NCBI RefSeq assembly: GCF_963506605.1 | Contig: NC_083277.1 | Span: 56,110,001 to 56,174,000 of the forward strand | From: Zootoca vivipara | Lineage: Eukaryota | Length of the DNA stretch: 64,000 nucleotides | Direction: 5' to 3' | Shown: piece by piece, positions 49,761-63,170 of the stretch | Layout: every line of letters starts with the position of its first letter | How positions within the stretch are numbered: the stretch's first letter is position 1 | Notes under the pieces: model-generated | What the model saw: only the letters and a program-made list of their open reading frames with translations | Told to the model about the DNA's origin: nothing | Database searches by the model: none | Position numbers and translations under genes: made by a program

Positions 49761-52700
49761 GGGCAATTACCCAGCGGATGCTTCTAAAGAAAGAGTTTAC
49801 AGTAGAAAGTAAGATGCTATTCTCAGCATTAAGCACTTGGGCTGTAGTAGTAGTGGCTTCTCCAACAAAGTTCTTCCCTGGTGGTGACCCAATAATTTCC
49901 TGTTATGAAGCTGGAAATGCCGGGCGTGAATGGAGGAAGAAACCTTCCATATGTGGGGGTTGGAGTGCCAGAGTCTCCCCTGCTGAACCCCTTGATCAAT
50001 ACCGGTTCTGTGCGGGGAAACAGCAACATTTTGCCCGGTGACAGATGCTCACCACAGCCACTGTCGTGAACAGGGAGGGTGCTAAATAGCAAATGGGATT
50101 CCTTTGGAGAGCATGGTGACTGTCTCCCAACTATGCAGGCCAGAGCTTAGGCAGGTGGGAAAGTGAGACAGGAAAGCCTTTGCAGACCTGCAAGAGGGGG
50201 TTGGGTACAAAGGGCAAGCAGCTTTATTTTCCTCTTGACATTGGACTTCTGATAAAGCGCTAAGCAAACAAGCACTAATCACAAAGGTCAGAGGTAGCTT
50301 AGAGACCAGAGCCACCCCTTGTTCCAATAGGAAAAAAAGTTTGGTCCCTGGGGCTGGCTCTCATCTAGGAGGTGATGGGTCCACTCTCCAGGGCAGCTGG
50401 AGGTCAGTGTCTAGCCTTTGAGGCCACCCAGGTCTGCACACATCCATGCTTAATAGGTATAAGTTGGGAGAAGGGCAGGATGTTCTTCCTTCTGATGCGG
50501 CCAGGGTTGGGAATGGCAGTGGTGTGACTGATAATGAGTCCTGGTTGCCCATCTCAAGACTGCTGACGTTTAGATGATCTCAGATATGTTGTTGGCACCT
50601 GCCAGTCAGAACATACTTTGCCTTCCTCTGCAGGAGAGCCTAAAGCAGACGCCCCTCTATGACTTTCACCGGCACCATGGTGGGAAGATGGTGGCCTTTG
50701 CCGGCTGGAGCCTCCCAGTGCAGTATACGCACAGCCACCTGGAGTCCCACCTGCACACCCGCCAGCACTGCTCGCTCTTCGATGTGTCTCATATGCTGCA
50801 GGTAATGCTGGAGGAAGCCAAAGGTCATTGAAGTTCCAGCCTTTCCGCTGTGGGGTCATCAACTCTTCAGCAGTGGGGCAGTGGTCAGTTTTGAACTGCA
50901 GGAGCTCACCATGACAGCCCTCCTAGCCCACCCCACCCCCACCATACACACCAAGAGAGTCTGCAGCTAGATCCCCAATCATAATCCACAAATGTGGGCA
51001 GCTGTGTTGGTCCCAAAGAGCATCACTACATAGCATAAAACTCAGCTGACAATCTGAGATTCGTGAACTGGCAAAGGGTGGTGTGGTAATAAACATGCTG
51101 GACTTTGGCTGGGGTGACCTAGGTTCACATCCCTGATGGTTCACTGGGTAGCCTTGGACCAATCAGTGAGTTAAGCCAACTTAACAAAGGAATTATACCC
51201 CATGCTCGATCTGTCCTTTCATAAGGCAACTCCCGTTTTAGGCATGACCAATATGTGTGGGATCACACACATGCACACTGCGCCAAACCCAAAAGTGACC
51301 CAGAAATGTCATGAAGACATCACTGAAACGTCACTCAAAGGGCAGAATGGGGTGTTTGCAGGCTTTTTCAATGGGTTTCTGATTTCACACAATTTCACGC
51401 AATGGCCCGGAATGCAATGCCCTGCATAAATGGGGGGGGGGGGAGCCTGTAGTATGTTGGTTAGGATTATGTTTTTATTTCTGATACACATTTTGTGTGT
51501 TTATATCCTGCTATACATCTGATAAATGGAAGAATAATAAAGCCCAACTATACCGTGCCAAAGCAACAGCCAGGCTTGGATGTTTTGTTCAAGTGTGCTG
51601 TCCTTGGTCCTGCATAGCACCCTGGTGATGTGAGGTGACTCTCTCTTTTACAGACTAAAGTGTTTGGCAGAGATCGGATTAAATTCATAGAGAGCCTAGT
51701 AGTTGGGGACATAGCAGAGCTGAAGCCTAATCAGGTATGTTGGAGCCCAATGGGTTACACCCTCGGTGGGAAACCTTCAGCCCTCTGGATCTTGTTGAAC
51801 TCTCATCAGCCCCAATCATCATAGCTAAGAGTCAGGGATGACGGGAGTTGTAGTCCAGTCCAGCACCACAGGATTCCCATTCATTAGGTTGCACACAAGT
51901 GTAACACAATGGGTGGCATGCTGAATGTGAATGTGGGACATTCAAATCCACTTCAAATCCATCAGCTGGGTGATCTTGAACAAATCACTGTTGCTCAGTG
52001 GGCCACCCTATAGTATGGATGGGAGAGGGGAATGATGTGAAGAACTACATATTGACACTTTTCCTGCACCATTATGCGATGACAGGACACAGATCTAAGT
52101 AAAAGTAATACTTTTATAGGGCTTTTCTATAAGATTGAAGTGTTACTTAAATGCATTTAATTCATTGCATGATACCCCTGCAAACTGTAATCTAGTACTA
52201 GTAAAACACTGTTTCCATTTAATGGATGAGGGGGTGAGATGGAGATAACCGTGCTTCCTGGGGATAGCTATATAACCATTGTCCTTCCCTTTAAAATAGA
52301 AAAAGGGAAAAACGAAAAGAGGATGAATAGCAGGAGTCGAACACTCGGCATTCAAATAATTTAAGGTTCACAAAATGGCCAGACATTTACATTGTCTAGC
52401 TGCACTTCACCTCTTGTTTGAAAATAATAGAGGTGGTGGCTTTGTGAAAGAGAAGAGTGAAGAGATCACTGCAGAAATCACTTTTTGTAGTGACGCACAA
52501 TTACGTAGGCATGAGGGAGAGAATCATATAATCATTGAGTTGGAAGGGACCCCTGAGGATCATCTCGTCCAACCCCCTGCAATGCAGGAATCTCAGCTAA
52601 ATCATCCATGACAGATGGCCATCCAACCTCTACTTAAAAACCTCCAAGGAAGGAGAGTCCACAAACTCCCCAGGGAGTCCGTTCCACTGTCTAACAGCTC

Positions 52701-55700
52701 TTACTGGCAGAAAGTTCTTCTTCATTTTTAGTTGCTTGTTCCTCGCGAGGTCACAGACACTGGCCAATATGGGTTTGCATGTCTTAATACAACTGTATTC
52801 CACATTGCCATCACAAAACAAGGGATCTACCATACAGAGGGAAATTATTATGACTCTTTATTATTATTACTGCATGTCTGCCAAAGCCTGCCTTCTGCTA
52901 CACGGTAGCCACTCTTGGCAACCAGTAACTAAATTGCACTTTACTTTCAGGGCACTCTGTCTCTGTTCACAAATGAAAGAGGAGGCATCCTGGACGATTT
53001 GATTGTGACCAGCACCTCAGATCAGCACCTCTACGTGGTCTCCAATGCAGGTTGCAGGGACAAGGATTTTGCCCTCATGAAGGTATGTGTTTCTCACCAT
53101 CCAATCCTATAGGGAATAGAATAGATGGTAGGCGGCAGCAGAAACACAGACAATAGTTAGGTAGTTCCAATCCTTTGGGAAGCTTGAACTTTGTCCCTTG
53201 CTGCAGAGGATGCTGGACTCAATTAGAGAGAGAATGGGATGGAAGAGAGGAATATGCCTTCCCCCACCCCCAAGTGGGTCATGACCTTGCTGCTCTCTGT
53301 TTCTGCTTGCAGAACAAGATGAAGGAAATGAAAGCAGCTGACTGCGATGTGGACTTGGAAGTGTCAGACAACGCTTTGCTTGCTCTGCAAGGTAAAGATT
53401 GTGTACCTGTGATAACTGCCCCTACAGGCAAAATACCCAGGCATTTGCCTTAAGAGAATGCACAGAACTGCTGCTTAATTGCTTTGATACAGTAGCATCT
53501 CCCAGACCAATCAATAGCCTTACTGTTGATCTTCCTGGGATAGCTGATCCCATTGTCCAAAGCCTTGCCCACTTCCACCAACTCTTTTTATTTATTTATT
53601 TGCATCTTTAGGCTCATTGGGCAGCAAGGCCAGCTTGTTGCTAGCTGGTGTGGTACTGACTTGCCTAGGGCCTTTGAATATGACAAACGCACTTTCCCCT
53701 GTGCTGCTCTGCACCCATAAGAACCCAAGGGCCCTGCTACATCTGATAGTCCATTTCATCCAACACCGTGTTCTTACCAGTGGCCCAGCCTACAATTTCT
53801 AGGAAACTTAGAAACAGGTTAGGGTGGCAATAGCCCTTTTCTTTGTCCCCAGCATCTGATACGCAGAGGGGACAGGACTGGCCCTATCATTAGGCAGAGT
53901 GAAGCAGCTTTCCCAGCAAGCAGATCCTGAGGGCAGGGAGCAACAGCAAGGGGTTAAATGGCAGAGACATATAGGTACACCAGGACAAGATAGAGCCCTT
54001 CTGCCATTCCATGTGGGGATGGAACCAGGGACCACCTGATTCCTTATATCTCTGTCCAGTCACTAAGGTCTTTAGGGAGTGGGATGTTACCTTGGCAATG
54101 ATGTGCTTTGGCTGAGATCAGCAAGGGCAATACCCTCTATGTGGCTGAGCCCATTCAGCTTGAAATGCCCAATTCCTTCCTCCATCATTTAACTGGGACT
54201 TATTGAACCTTCTTTTGGTGGGGGTGGGGAGCCTAATGAACTAACACCTCTTCAAGCTCATAGCCATCCCCCTTCTTCCTTCTACCAGGTCCTGCCATGA
54301 CCCGAGTGCTACAAGCTGGGGTGTCAGACAACCTGTCTAAGCTGCCCTTCATGACCAGTGCAGTGATGAGTGTCTTCGGAGTGCCAGGCTGCAGGGTCAC
54401 CCGCTGTGGCTACACAGGCGAGGATGGCGTAGAGGTACATGGTCAGGGAATGGGATGCGGGTGGCGCTGTGGTCTAAACCACTGAGCCTCTTAGGCTTGC
54501 TGATCAGAAGGTCGGCGGTTTGAATCCGCACGACGGGGTGAGCTCCCATTGCTCTGTCCCAGCTCCTGCCAACCTAGCAGTTCAAAAGCACACCAGTGCA
54601 AGTAGATAAATAGGTACCACTGCAGCGGGAAGGTAAACGACGTTTCCGTGCGCTCTGGTTTCCGTCACGGTATTCCGTTGTGCCAGAAGAGGTTTAGTCA
54701 TGCTGGCCACATGATCTAGAAAGCTGTCTGTGGACAAACACCGGCTCCCTCAGCCTGAAAGCGAGATGTGCACCACAACCCCATAGTCACCTTTGACTGG
54801 ACTTAACTGTCCATGGGTCCTTTACCTTTACCTTTACACGGTCAGGGCTCGGCTCAGCCAACCAAAAAGAGGTGGGAGGAGCAGGAGCACTGATGTTGTG
54901 CACTGAGAAGCGAGAAGCTATTTCAGGCTGGGAGGGCAGCGTATTGATAAAGAAGGGGGTTATTGAATGAGGTTGGCTGGGGCGAGAAGGGTGTCAGTCA
55001 AGCCTAGACATAGCCTCAGATTGAGCTAGAGTGCAGGATTAGGCCAGGTGACCTGATGTTGGGAATGGGGGTGGGGGGGGGGAAGGGTGGCAAAAATCAC
55101 ACTGACCAAATCACTGTGCTCTTCTGTACCCAGATCTCTGTGCCTGCAAGCCGAGCTGTGGAGCTGGCTGAGCTGCTGCTTAAGGACTCCACTGTGTGGC
55201 TGGCAGGACTCGCAGCCCGGGACAGTTTGCGCTTGGAGGCAGGTCTGTGTCTGTATGGGAACGACATTGATGAGAGCACAACCCCTGTGGAAGCCAGTCT
55301 GATATGGACCCTTGGTAGGTGCCAGCTGCAATTCTTGATTTCTCTCCCTGCCCTGCCTGCCTACCCATTGACATTCCTGGCCAATATCAAGTAGGCAAAA
55401 AGTCACCCATTCCTGCACCCCAGACCAGAGTTGACTGGGCCTGGAACAAGAGTGTTTTTTGGCAATGGGAGAGAAGCTGCACTAGACCTTCAATGGTGAT
55501 GGGCCACTATGTGGTGAGGGTAATTTGGACCACACACGGGGGGAATTCTTGTTCTGTTGGCCTTAACACCTTATTTCCAATTGCTTATCAGGGAAACGCC
55601 GCCGTGCTGCCATGGATTTCCCAGGTGCATCAATCATACTGGCCCAAATCAAAGAGAAGCCCAAAAGGAAACGTGTGGGGCTGACTTCTTCAGGGCCTCC

Positions 55701-56756
55701 CATCCGGCAGCACATGCCCATTCTCAGCCCAGAGGGCAAGGCCATTGGTAGGTTCTCCAAGCTTCTCTGAGTACTGTCTAGGAAGATGACACACCAGCCC
55801 TCTGCTACAATAAGCACCCCAATAAGCATGGAATACTTGGGGTGCAGGCAATGATGTTTGGTGAACAGCTTTGTTTAGAACCAGCAGCCTTGTACCCCGT
55901 GTTGCTCATGAATTCTTGGAAACAAAACCAGTGCAGTTTTGAAAGGCTGCCCATCATTTTGCTTCAAAATTGTGTCCATTTATATATGAACATGATTGAA
56001 AACCTGCTCCTTGATCTCTCAAACCACCATGCAAAATTTGGGTAAGGTGTATTGATAAGGGTCCAAAGGTGTAGGGGACAAAGCTTTCAAAATATATAGT
56101 AGATTTGCTTCTATGAACTCCCTGCCCCTTTCAGGCGGCAGAGTAGTACATTCTAGTAAGTGAAGCTCATTGAAGATTATTGCAGAATGCAGCCTTTTAG
56201 AGGTGTTCTATTGGAACTGCATACAGAAAGCAGCAACAAACCGACTGGCGGTATGTGGTCTCCATAGTTTGTTTGCGTTCTTCTTGTCCTTAGTGGATCA
56301 TTAAAGGGCATAGCTGCCAAGTTTTCCCTTTTCTCGCGAGGAAGCCTATTCAGCATAAGGGAATTTCCCTTAAAAAAAGGGATAACTTGGCAGCTATGTT
56401 AAAGGGCCATGCATGTTAATTGCTCTTAGGGCCATTGGTGTGTGTGGAAAACTAGGCTCTCTACCCTACCTATAGAAATTGGGAAGAAGTTGCATTTTTG
56501 GCAGCAATTTTTATTGATCATTTAATGCATAAATGTTTGCTATTGATAAATGATCTGTCCATTCCTCCATGTACTAGGTGAGGTTACCAGTGGCTGCCCT
56601 TCCCCCTGTCTGCAGAAGAACATCGCCATGGGATACGTAGAGAGTGACTACAGCAAACTGAGCACAGCCCTCACTGTAGAAGTGAGGAAGAAGAGCTGCC
56701 CTGCTCTAGTGACCAAGATGCCATTTGTAGCCACCAATTACTATACAGTGAAATAG
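49101..56756 (+). CDS. AMT: Aminomethyltransferase, mitochondrial (glycine cleavage T protein), 407 aa; join(49101..49202,50634..50801,51654..51734,52951..53082,53313..53391,54289..54434,55134..55314,55592..55747,56578..56756)
   Basis: Arg-rich, acid-free transit peptide in exon 1. GCV-T motifs [69 protein letters not shown]. 1224 nt, all GT-AG. Confidence 0.98.
52523..52735 (-). mobile_element. CR1 LINE 3' end
   Basis: Encodes [27 protein letters not shown] (CR1 ORF2 C-terminus) followed by a CR1 3' UTR. Confidence 0.8.
54452..54836 (+). mobile_element. Full-length Sauria SINE (longer-core subfamily) at the start of AMT intron 6
   Basis: GGGATGCGGGTGGCGCTGTGG head, B box and (TTTACC)n tail; 13-bp TSD TACAYGGTCAGGG. 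Confidence 0.92.
56309..56398. mobile_element. 90-bp hAT-type MITE in AMT intron 8
   Basis: Perfect 15-bp TIR CATAGCTGCCAAGTT / AACTTGGCAGCTATG; perfect TSD TTAAAGGG (56301-08 / 56399-406). Confidence 0.9.
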
Positions 56757-57053
56757 GCTACTGCTGGCATAGGCTTTCAGTTTTGTATTCTGGCCTGCCT
56801 ATAAAGAGCCCCTCAATTTCATTAGGGCTCTGCCACAAAGATGGTTACTGAAAAGAAAACAGCCCTAAAAAGAGAGAAACTACTTCAGGGGATGCCGGGG
56901 ACATTAACAACTAAAGAGGCAGGCAACTGAGCAAGACTTGACGACATGCTCCAGTCTCATCTGCCTCTTGGCCTATTGCTGATAGCAGAAAGATCCCAAT
57001 GACTTGATCTCCAGAACTCCACCACCACCACCCTTTTGCATTTATCCCCAAAT

Positions 57054-57059
57054 ATTAAA
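57054..57059 (+). terminator. Candidate AMT polyadenylation signal (ATTAAA)
   Basis: ATTAAA ~300 nt after the stop, followed by a pyrimidine/U-rich tract. Confidence 0.45.
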
Positions 57060-57185
57060 AAGTCCTTGAATTTTCTCCTGCCCTTTTCAATCTGCTCCTT
57101 TTCTTGAAATGGTCTGATGCATGCTCAGCTAGAAGCAGGAAGAAGACCCTTACATTGCAACAAAAGTAAAGAACAAGCTTCTTGG

Positions 57186-57191
57186 TTTATT
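57186..57191 (-). terminator. Candidate TCTA polyadenylation signal (AATAAA)
   Basis: TTTATT on + strand; the minus-strand sequence downstream is U/GU-rich (TTGTTCTTTACTTTTGTTG). Confidence 0.45.
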
Positions 57192-58797
57192 CCTTCTATT
57201 TCCCATATGATGTAGGCTCAGCGCATTCATTTTACCACTTTGGTTTTCTCCCTGTAGTGTAGGGGAAGAAAGATGTACTTGCTACTTCTCAAAAAAGTGA
57301 AATCATGCCCTGATGTGGGCTTCTCCTTCCAAATAATGTTTATACCAATGAATAGTTAGCCAAAGGCCTGTTCTTCCGACTATTTTTCTGGAGGGGGCAT
57401 ATTTAAATAGTGTTTCAGCTTGAGCAAACCCCTTTGTTTTCTTACTGCCATCTAGCCTGGAAGATTCAGAACTACATTTGAAGGAACCATTTTTTACTTT
57501 GGATGCTGAAGACACTAATATTGAGAGCTGCTATGAACTGCTCCACATAAATAGAGAAAATACTTTTTGTGCAGCAGCTATCTTGGGGAAATAGTATGTA
57601 TTTATATGCATCTCAAGGAAATTTTCAAACAGTACAAAAAAAACTTAGGAGAGGTGTTCCTTTTGCATTGTTTTAAAACCTTGAGTGAAGACATTTTGAT
57701 CGAACTGAAAAAGCATGTCAAAACAAAAAGATCTTCAGTTGTTTATGGAAAGTACAGATAGCGGGCACCTATCATATTTGAGCAGGAATGCTGTTCAACA
57801 GAGGCAGTAGCTTTGCTCTGAGTGACTTCAGAGCAAACTGATATTTTGGAATTTTAAAGTATTTTGGTTTAAAAGTAAATACAAAAAAACCCCTAATCTA
57901 TATTCTGCATATGTACACAAGTACTCAACAGCTATTGCAATAAGAGTCAAGACTATATTCAATTTTTCCATCACTCTTTTATAACCCATGCATCAAACCC
58001 ATACATTACACACAACCAGGGAATATGAGGGCAGTGGCTGGTAAAATAGAGGGATGCTCAATATCACATCAGCAGCTCCAGCATTACATAGCTACAGAAC
58101 ACATACAATCACCTGACTCCTCCAGGGAATGAGCACCAAGAAGTATGATTTCGGAGCAGAACTATTTTAGAACTAGTAAACTCTAAGATAGTCATTGGTA
58201 CAGATTGCAAAATCTGACTAGGGGCAGGGAACCAGCAAGGGTTTGAATCTGTCAGACTAAGCAAGTCTCTGTAGCTTTCAATCTTTACACAAGATTGGGG
58301 ATGCTTAGCAAAGAGCAAATTAAGCTCAGCCAGCTGGAGAAATAATTTCTTCATCAGCCCTGGCGTCTGCGTCTCTTACGAGTTGAGGCCAGTTCAAGGC
58401 AAGGGAAATCCAAGCACCACTGCAGAAAGAAACAAGTTCCAGGCCAGCGATGGGTTTGACGTCACATTGAAGAGAGGCAGGCTTGAGGTCAGTCTGCAAA
58501 ATAACTTGTGGCAGAAGAAGAAGAAGAAATGCAGACAGCTTAATGAAGGGGGGGGGGGAACTGCAGCTTCCCAACCTGAGTAGAGCAATCCTGAGACTCA
58601 GTACTTGGTTAAATGGACGGACAGGAACAGTTTTCACAGCACCAGCGTTGACCAGCAGCTCAGGCCACAGGATGAGAGAAAGGGCGACTATAGCTGCTGT
58701 CTCCTCAGCACTGAAAGAGCGAGGCCTCTGGGCAGGTGGGCGTCAGCATCCTCTATGCTCCTAGAGCAGCAGGAGCTTGGCTTAGTAACCTCTGCCA

Positions 58798-61265
58798 TCA
58801 CTCCCGATGCGTTTTCATACTCTCATTACCTGAACTCTCCCTGAAAGAAAACAGACCGAAACTTTAAAGTAAATCACGAGTTAACAGGGATTACAGATCC
58901 TGTATTCCTGCAGCATCAGATCCCCACGGGCACCGATTCCACCACCTGGAGGGGCTGGAAGGCAATGGATAAATCAACTCACCACATTGAGAAGTGTGAG
59001 GATCCATCTGGTGTCCCTCCATTCTGCCCTCCTGGACCTGGGAAGGAGAAGAGAATATTGTTAGTCAGGTAGACTTCTCACCTGGCAGTCCTTTGACTCC
59101 AAGTAGATCAGTGGCGGCTGCAAATCCCGCTTCCCTTGCCAACACAATTCGAAATCAAAGGAAATGTAAACAATACTGAGTCAGGTGAAGCAATGGGATG
59201 GCCTGCTATAAGACCCCTTCCTATATTCCTAGACACATGAGAGGATATATAGTTTAATCCCGACAATTAACTGATCTTTCAGGAATGCTTTGATGGTGTT
59301 TCCTGCTTGGCAGGGGGTTGGACTGGATGACCCTTGTGGTCTCTTCCAATTCTATGATTCTATTATCGTTCTTTTGAAAAGTTTTGACAAAAAAGATTAC
59401 CAAGAAAAGTATGTAACGGATGAAAATAAAAATTAATGTCAGTCAGTTATTCCAAAAGTCTTCCCAAATTAACATGATCTCAGTTTTTGACAAGAGAAAG
59501 GTTGGATAGTAAAGGCCATTTTTAATATGATTTTTTTTTAGTCCAGTTCACACAAACTTTATTAAATTAAAGCAATTAGATTTAAGGTGAATGTCCCATT
59601 GAAGGCAGTAGAACTAAATTGGCTTAAATCCAGGCACTGGTTAAACCAGTTAGTGGTTTGCAGTCATAAGCTTCTGTGACATTTGTCTTTGACACATGAC
59701 TCTAACTTGGGTGCGGGGAACAAAACAGATGTTGAAAGAGGTGGAAAACATACTACAAATATTGCAAACATATGTTGCAAATATGGTGTAGTACGTTTTC
59801 CACCTCTTGCTCAAGACATATGCCTCAAAACAACTCTAGGGTGGAGAATAAGCACAGTTACTTGTTTGGGAGCCACTTTATACTGTAGGTTCCAAAAACA
59901 AATCACAGCAGAATACAAATCACACACCATTATTTCATACAAGAAAAATGTTTAAGCAGCTCGTGTCATTATTATGCATCCCAGCAGTTGAGGAGGATAC
60001 GTAGAAGAAATACTCTTATTCAAGCACCCAGCAGTCTCTGTCAAGTATTACAAAAGGAAGGAGAGTCTTTCTGAAGGTGTATTTAGGGGATCTGCTTGTT
60101 GAGCTTTTTTTTAATGGGGCAGGCTTCTCCTTATGTGCATTGGAGGGGCAACTGCCTCCCCCCCCCACACCACTATGCCCATGGGGTCCCTGATGTCAGC
60201 AGAGAGTAACCCAGGTAAACAATTGCATCTGGGTGCCATGTTGTCTCTGCACATAGCAAAGCACCTTTCAAGACTTGCTCCCCATCTACTATCTCACCAG
60301 GGACAGTTTAGGACCTGGATGGTATCCAGTTACTGTACTGTACAATTCTGGAGTCAGTGAGCAGCAGTATAGGTAGAACTGGTATTCAGTGTGGCACTAG
60401 GAACAGTGCCCAGCACGGCTGCTGTTGCGGCCCAACATGACAGGACAAAAAGGGCCATCTAACAGACTTGGACGATAACAGAATTGGCCAGCAACTACGG
60501 TAGTTTTAGAAAAGGCCACTTCGAAGAGAGGATGGGCTATCAAACCAGATGGGGCCCCCACTGTGTAGAATAGTTGCAACAAGAGCTTGGCAGCCATCTC
60601 CAAAGACCATCATTTCTTTCTTTTCTTTCTTAGTCTTAAAAGTGGTCTGTCTCCAAGTCCAGTTGCCACGGTTCAGCAAATATGCGCCTGCATCACAACC
60701 GGGGCCGCCACTGTTAATGCATAAGGAGAAGGGGATGCATTTGGTTTGGGGACTGCACGCCTCGGGTACTGACCCTTAGCAACCTGCAAGGTCGAGGCTG
60801 TTCGAAAGGACACAAGAGAGCCAGGAGAAGAAGCGCGAGGCGTAGCCACGGGGTAGGAAGCGAAAGCGGAGCAGCAACACAGAGGCAGCTACCCCGGAGT
60901 GGGGATTATGCCGAACCGAGAGGAAGCGCTGGGTGGGTCACGCGAGGTAAACAAAGAAGGCGGCGGCGGCGGCGGCGGCGGCCGCCTCCGAAGGCAACCC
61001 TACCTTGCCGGTAGTAGAGGCCCGTGACGGTGTTGCCGTAGACCCGCCAGGCCACCTGGATGCCGAGCAAGCTCACCAGCAGCCAGAGCAGGAGCAGCTG
61101 GAAGAGGGCGGCGCGCAAGTCCTGGGCCTCCCAGTCCGACATGAACTCCTGCCCAAGCCAAGTGAAAGCCCGCAGCGCCTTCGTCGGCACCTCCCACTCC
61201 GCGGGTCCAGAAGCAGCAGCAGCCGCCGCAGCAGCCACCGCCTCCTCCGCCGTGGCCGCCGCCAT
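58798..61265 (-). CDS. TCTA: T-cell leukemia translocation-altered gene protein, 119 aa; complement(join(58798..58840,58983..59037,61004..61265))
   Basis: Translation ...[80 protein letters not shown] matches TCTA. 262+55+43 = 360 nt. Confidence 0.95.
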
Positions 61266-62340
61266 CCCACTCGGTCTCGGTCCCACCCGACGCGCAAAGG
61301 CGGCGGGAGAGAGAGAAGCTCTGCGCCACAAGCCCCGGGGAAACTGTCAGCGGCGCCGCGCGTGCGCCCCAGGGAAAGACCCAGGCCCCGCCCCGCGCGG
61401 CTCTCTTCCCGCCTCCAGTTCTCTCTCCCTCCCACCCTGCCTGCTTCGCTTTTTCCACAGGGTGCGTTTACTCGGGTGCAAGTCTCCGTTATGCTCAATG
61501 GGGCTTTCTTCCTGGTGCAGATCTGGTTAGGATCTTACCCTTATAACCTGATCCCGTCCTATTTTGCCCACCAGTAGCTTCATTCCCCTCCCCGCCCGCT
61601 TTCAAAGAGGTTCAGGTGAAATGGGCACAGGGCTGAGTTGCACAGCTTTCCCGATATATTGTTATTTACTTTTGCTTGCTTGCGGCATTTGCAACTTAGG
61701 CATCAACTTTCAGGCCCGGCATGAGCTAGCTCGCGAAGGAGAAGAAGGCGGGCCGCGACGAGGGAAGGCGTGACTCCGGCAGGTGCTGTATAATCTTAGG
61801 AAACTCTGCTCGAAAGAAAGCACCACGCTACCGTGAAGCAACGCCCCCGACGCTCTGTGAGAACCTTTTGAAACTTTTCCTGAAAAGGCTTCGCTATTTT
61901 TCGTAGCCAGGGGTGAAAACTTGAATAAAATATTGTGGGGGGCCCAAGATAAGCCCCGTCCCGCACAATCGATCACATGACGTAGCGCACACACACTATT
62001 TGAATTGGAATACCCATCAATTGTGGGGCGCGGCCCTCTCAAATAATTTATTGCAGGGGCCGAAGCCCCCACGGCCCCTAGGAGTTGGCTCCTATTTTCG
62101 TAGCTGTTTTTTGAGATCTGCTGCCAGTCAGTGTAGAGAGCAGCACACTGACCTATGTGGACCTACATATGGTGGAAGCGCACCCGGTTCATGAACCAGG
62201 AGATAACTGGAAATCAAGCAGATCTGGACCACCAGTTTAATGAAAGTACAAAGCCGCTACCGGGAGACCCTCCCGCAGCCAGACTATCTCGGCTGCGTCT
62301 GGGTTTTGACTCTCTTTTCTCCCCGCCCCTTGATTCAAGG
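60780..62340 (-). promoter_or_regulatory. CpG island / promoter and exon 1 of TCTA
   Basis: CpG-rich block spanning TCTA exon 1 and its upstream region, with GC boxes such as CCCCGCCCC near 61386. Confidence 0.75.
60959..60983. repeat. (GGC/CCG)n trinucleotide repeat, ~7-8 units, at the start of TCTA intron 1
   Basis: Read directly: ggcggcggcggcggcggcggcggcc. Confidence 0.9.
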
Positions 62341-62949
62341 GCTGCAGAAATCTACTCATACTGCTTCGGTTTCAGAGTAGGACTAGGAAGGAAATAAAAC
62401 AATAATAAACGTGGGCAATGACCATTCTAAATACAGTACTGTACTGCCTTCAATTCCTGCTCAAAGTTGCTGCAAAGAAACAGCCACCGCTGCGCCATCC
62501 CCTGGCTGCCGGGAGAAGACCTTGTTTCTCACTTTCACTTTCGTTTACTCCGTTAGGGAGGGAGAAGCCAGACTTTGATGGGTTGGAGAGGATCCTCAGC
62601 GGGGTTGTCCTAAACTTTGAGGCGCTTGAGTCTTTGCGTTAGAGCCCCAAGTTCAGGTGAGGCTTTAATTTCCCCTTGGAAAATAACATTTATATTCTTT
62701 CGGGGTGGTGCTGCAAGTGAACAATATAGCATTTTATCCTTACAAGCAATAACAAAACGTGGAATAAAAGGTAAGCTGTTGAGATTCCTGCGTCAAAGGG
62801 GGTTGGACTTGGGGTCCATTCCAACTCTACAGTTCTATGATTCAATGAAAAGAAAACAATGACACATGTCAATATGAAAAGCCAGTCCTGAGATGTCTAT
62901 GTTATGCAGGTAAGTATAATTGCATTTCTGCATTTAATCAGGAAGACCA

Positions 62950-63170
62950 TATTTCTCGCCAGGAGTAGGTTGTTATCTGAAACATAAGAAATGACAATCC
63001 ACCAGGTAGCATAGAAATGCTCTACAGGTTCTTCACCTTTCATAAGGCAAAGTTTATGAGTTATCTTCTTGGTGATTACAGTATTCCATATGTTTTCATA
63101 CCATGGTTGAAGGGATAAGCCATGCAGATTCTCCCAATTTTGAGCTATAGACAATCTAGTGGCTACCATG
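62950..63170 (-). mobile_element. Decayed L1-clade LINE ORF2 C-terminal fragment
   Basis: ATRLSIAQNWEN...WYENIWNTVITKKITHKL...HFYATW resembles the A.R..IA..WK...W...IW...KLT...F...W pattern of vertebrate L1 ORF2 ends. Confidence 0.55.

Noticed and set aside
61000-61577. Several 140-190 aa ORFs overlapping TCTA exon 1
   Set aside because: Alternative-frame and antisense shadows in GC-rich sequence.
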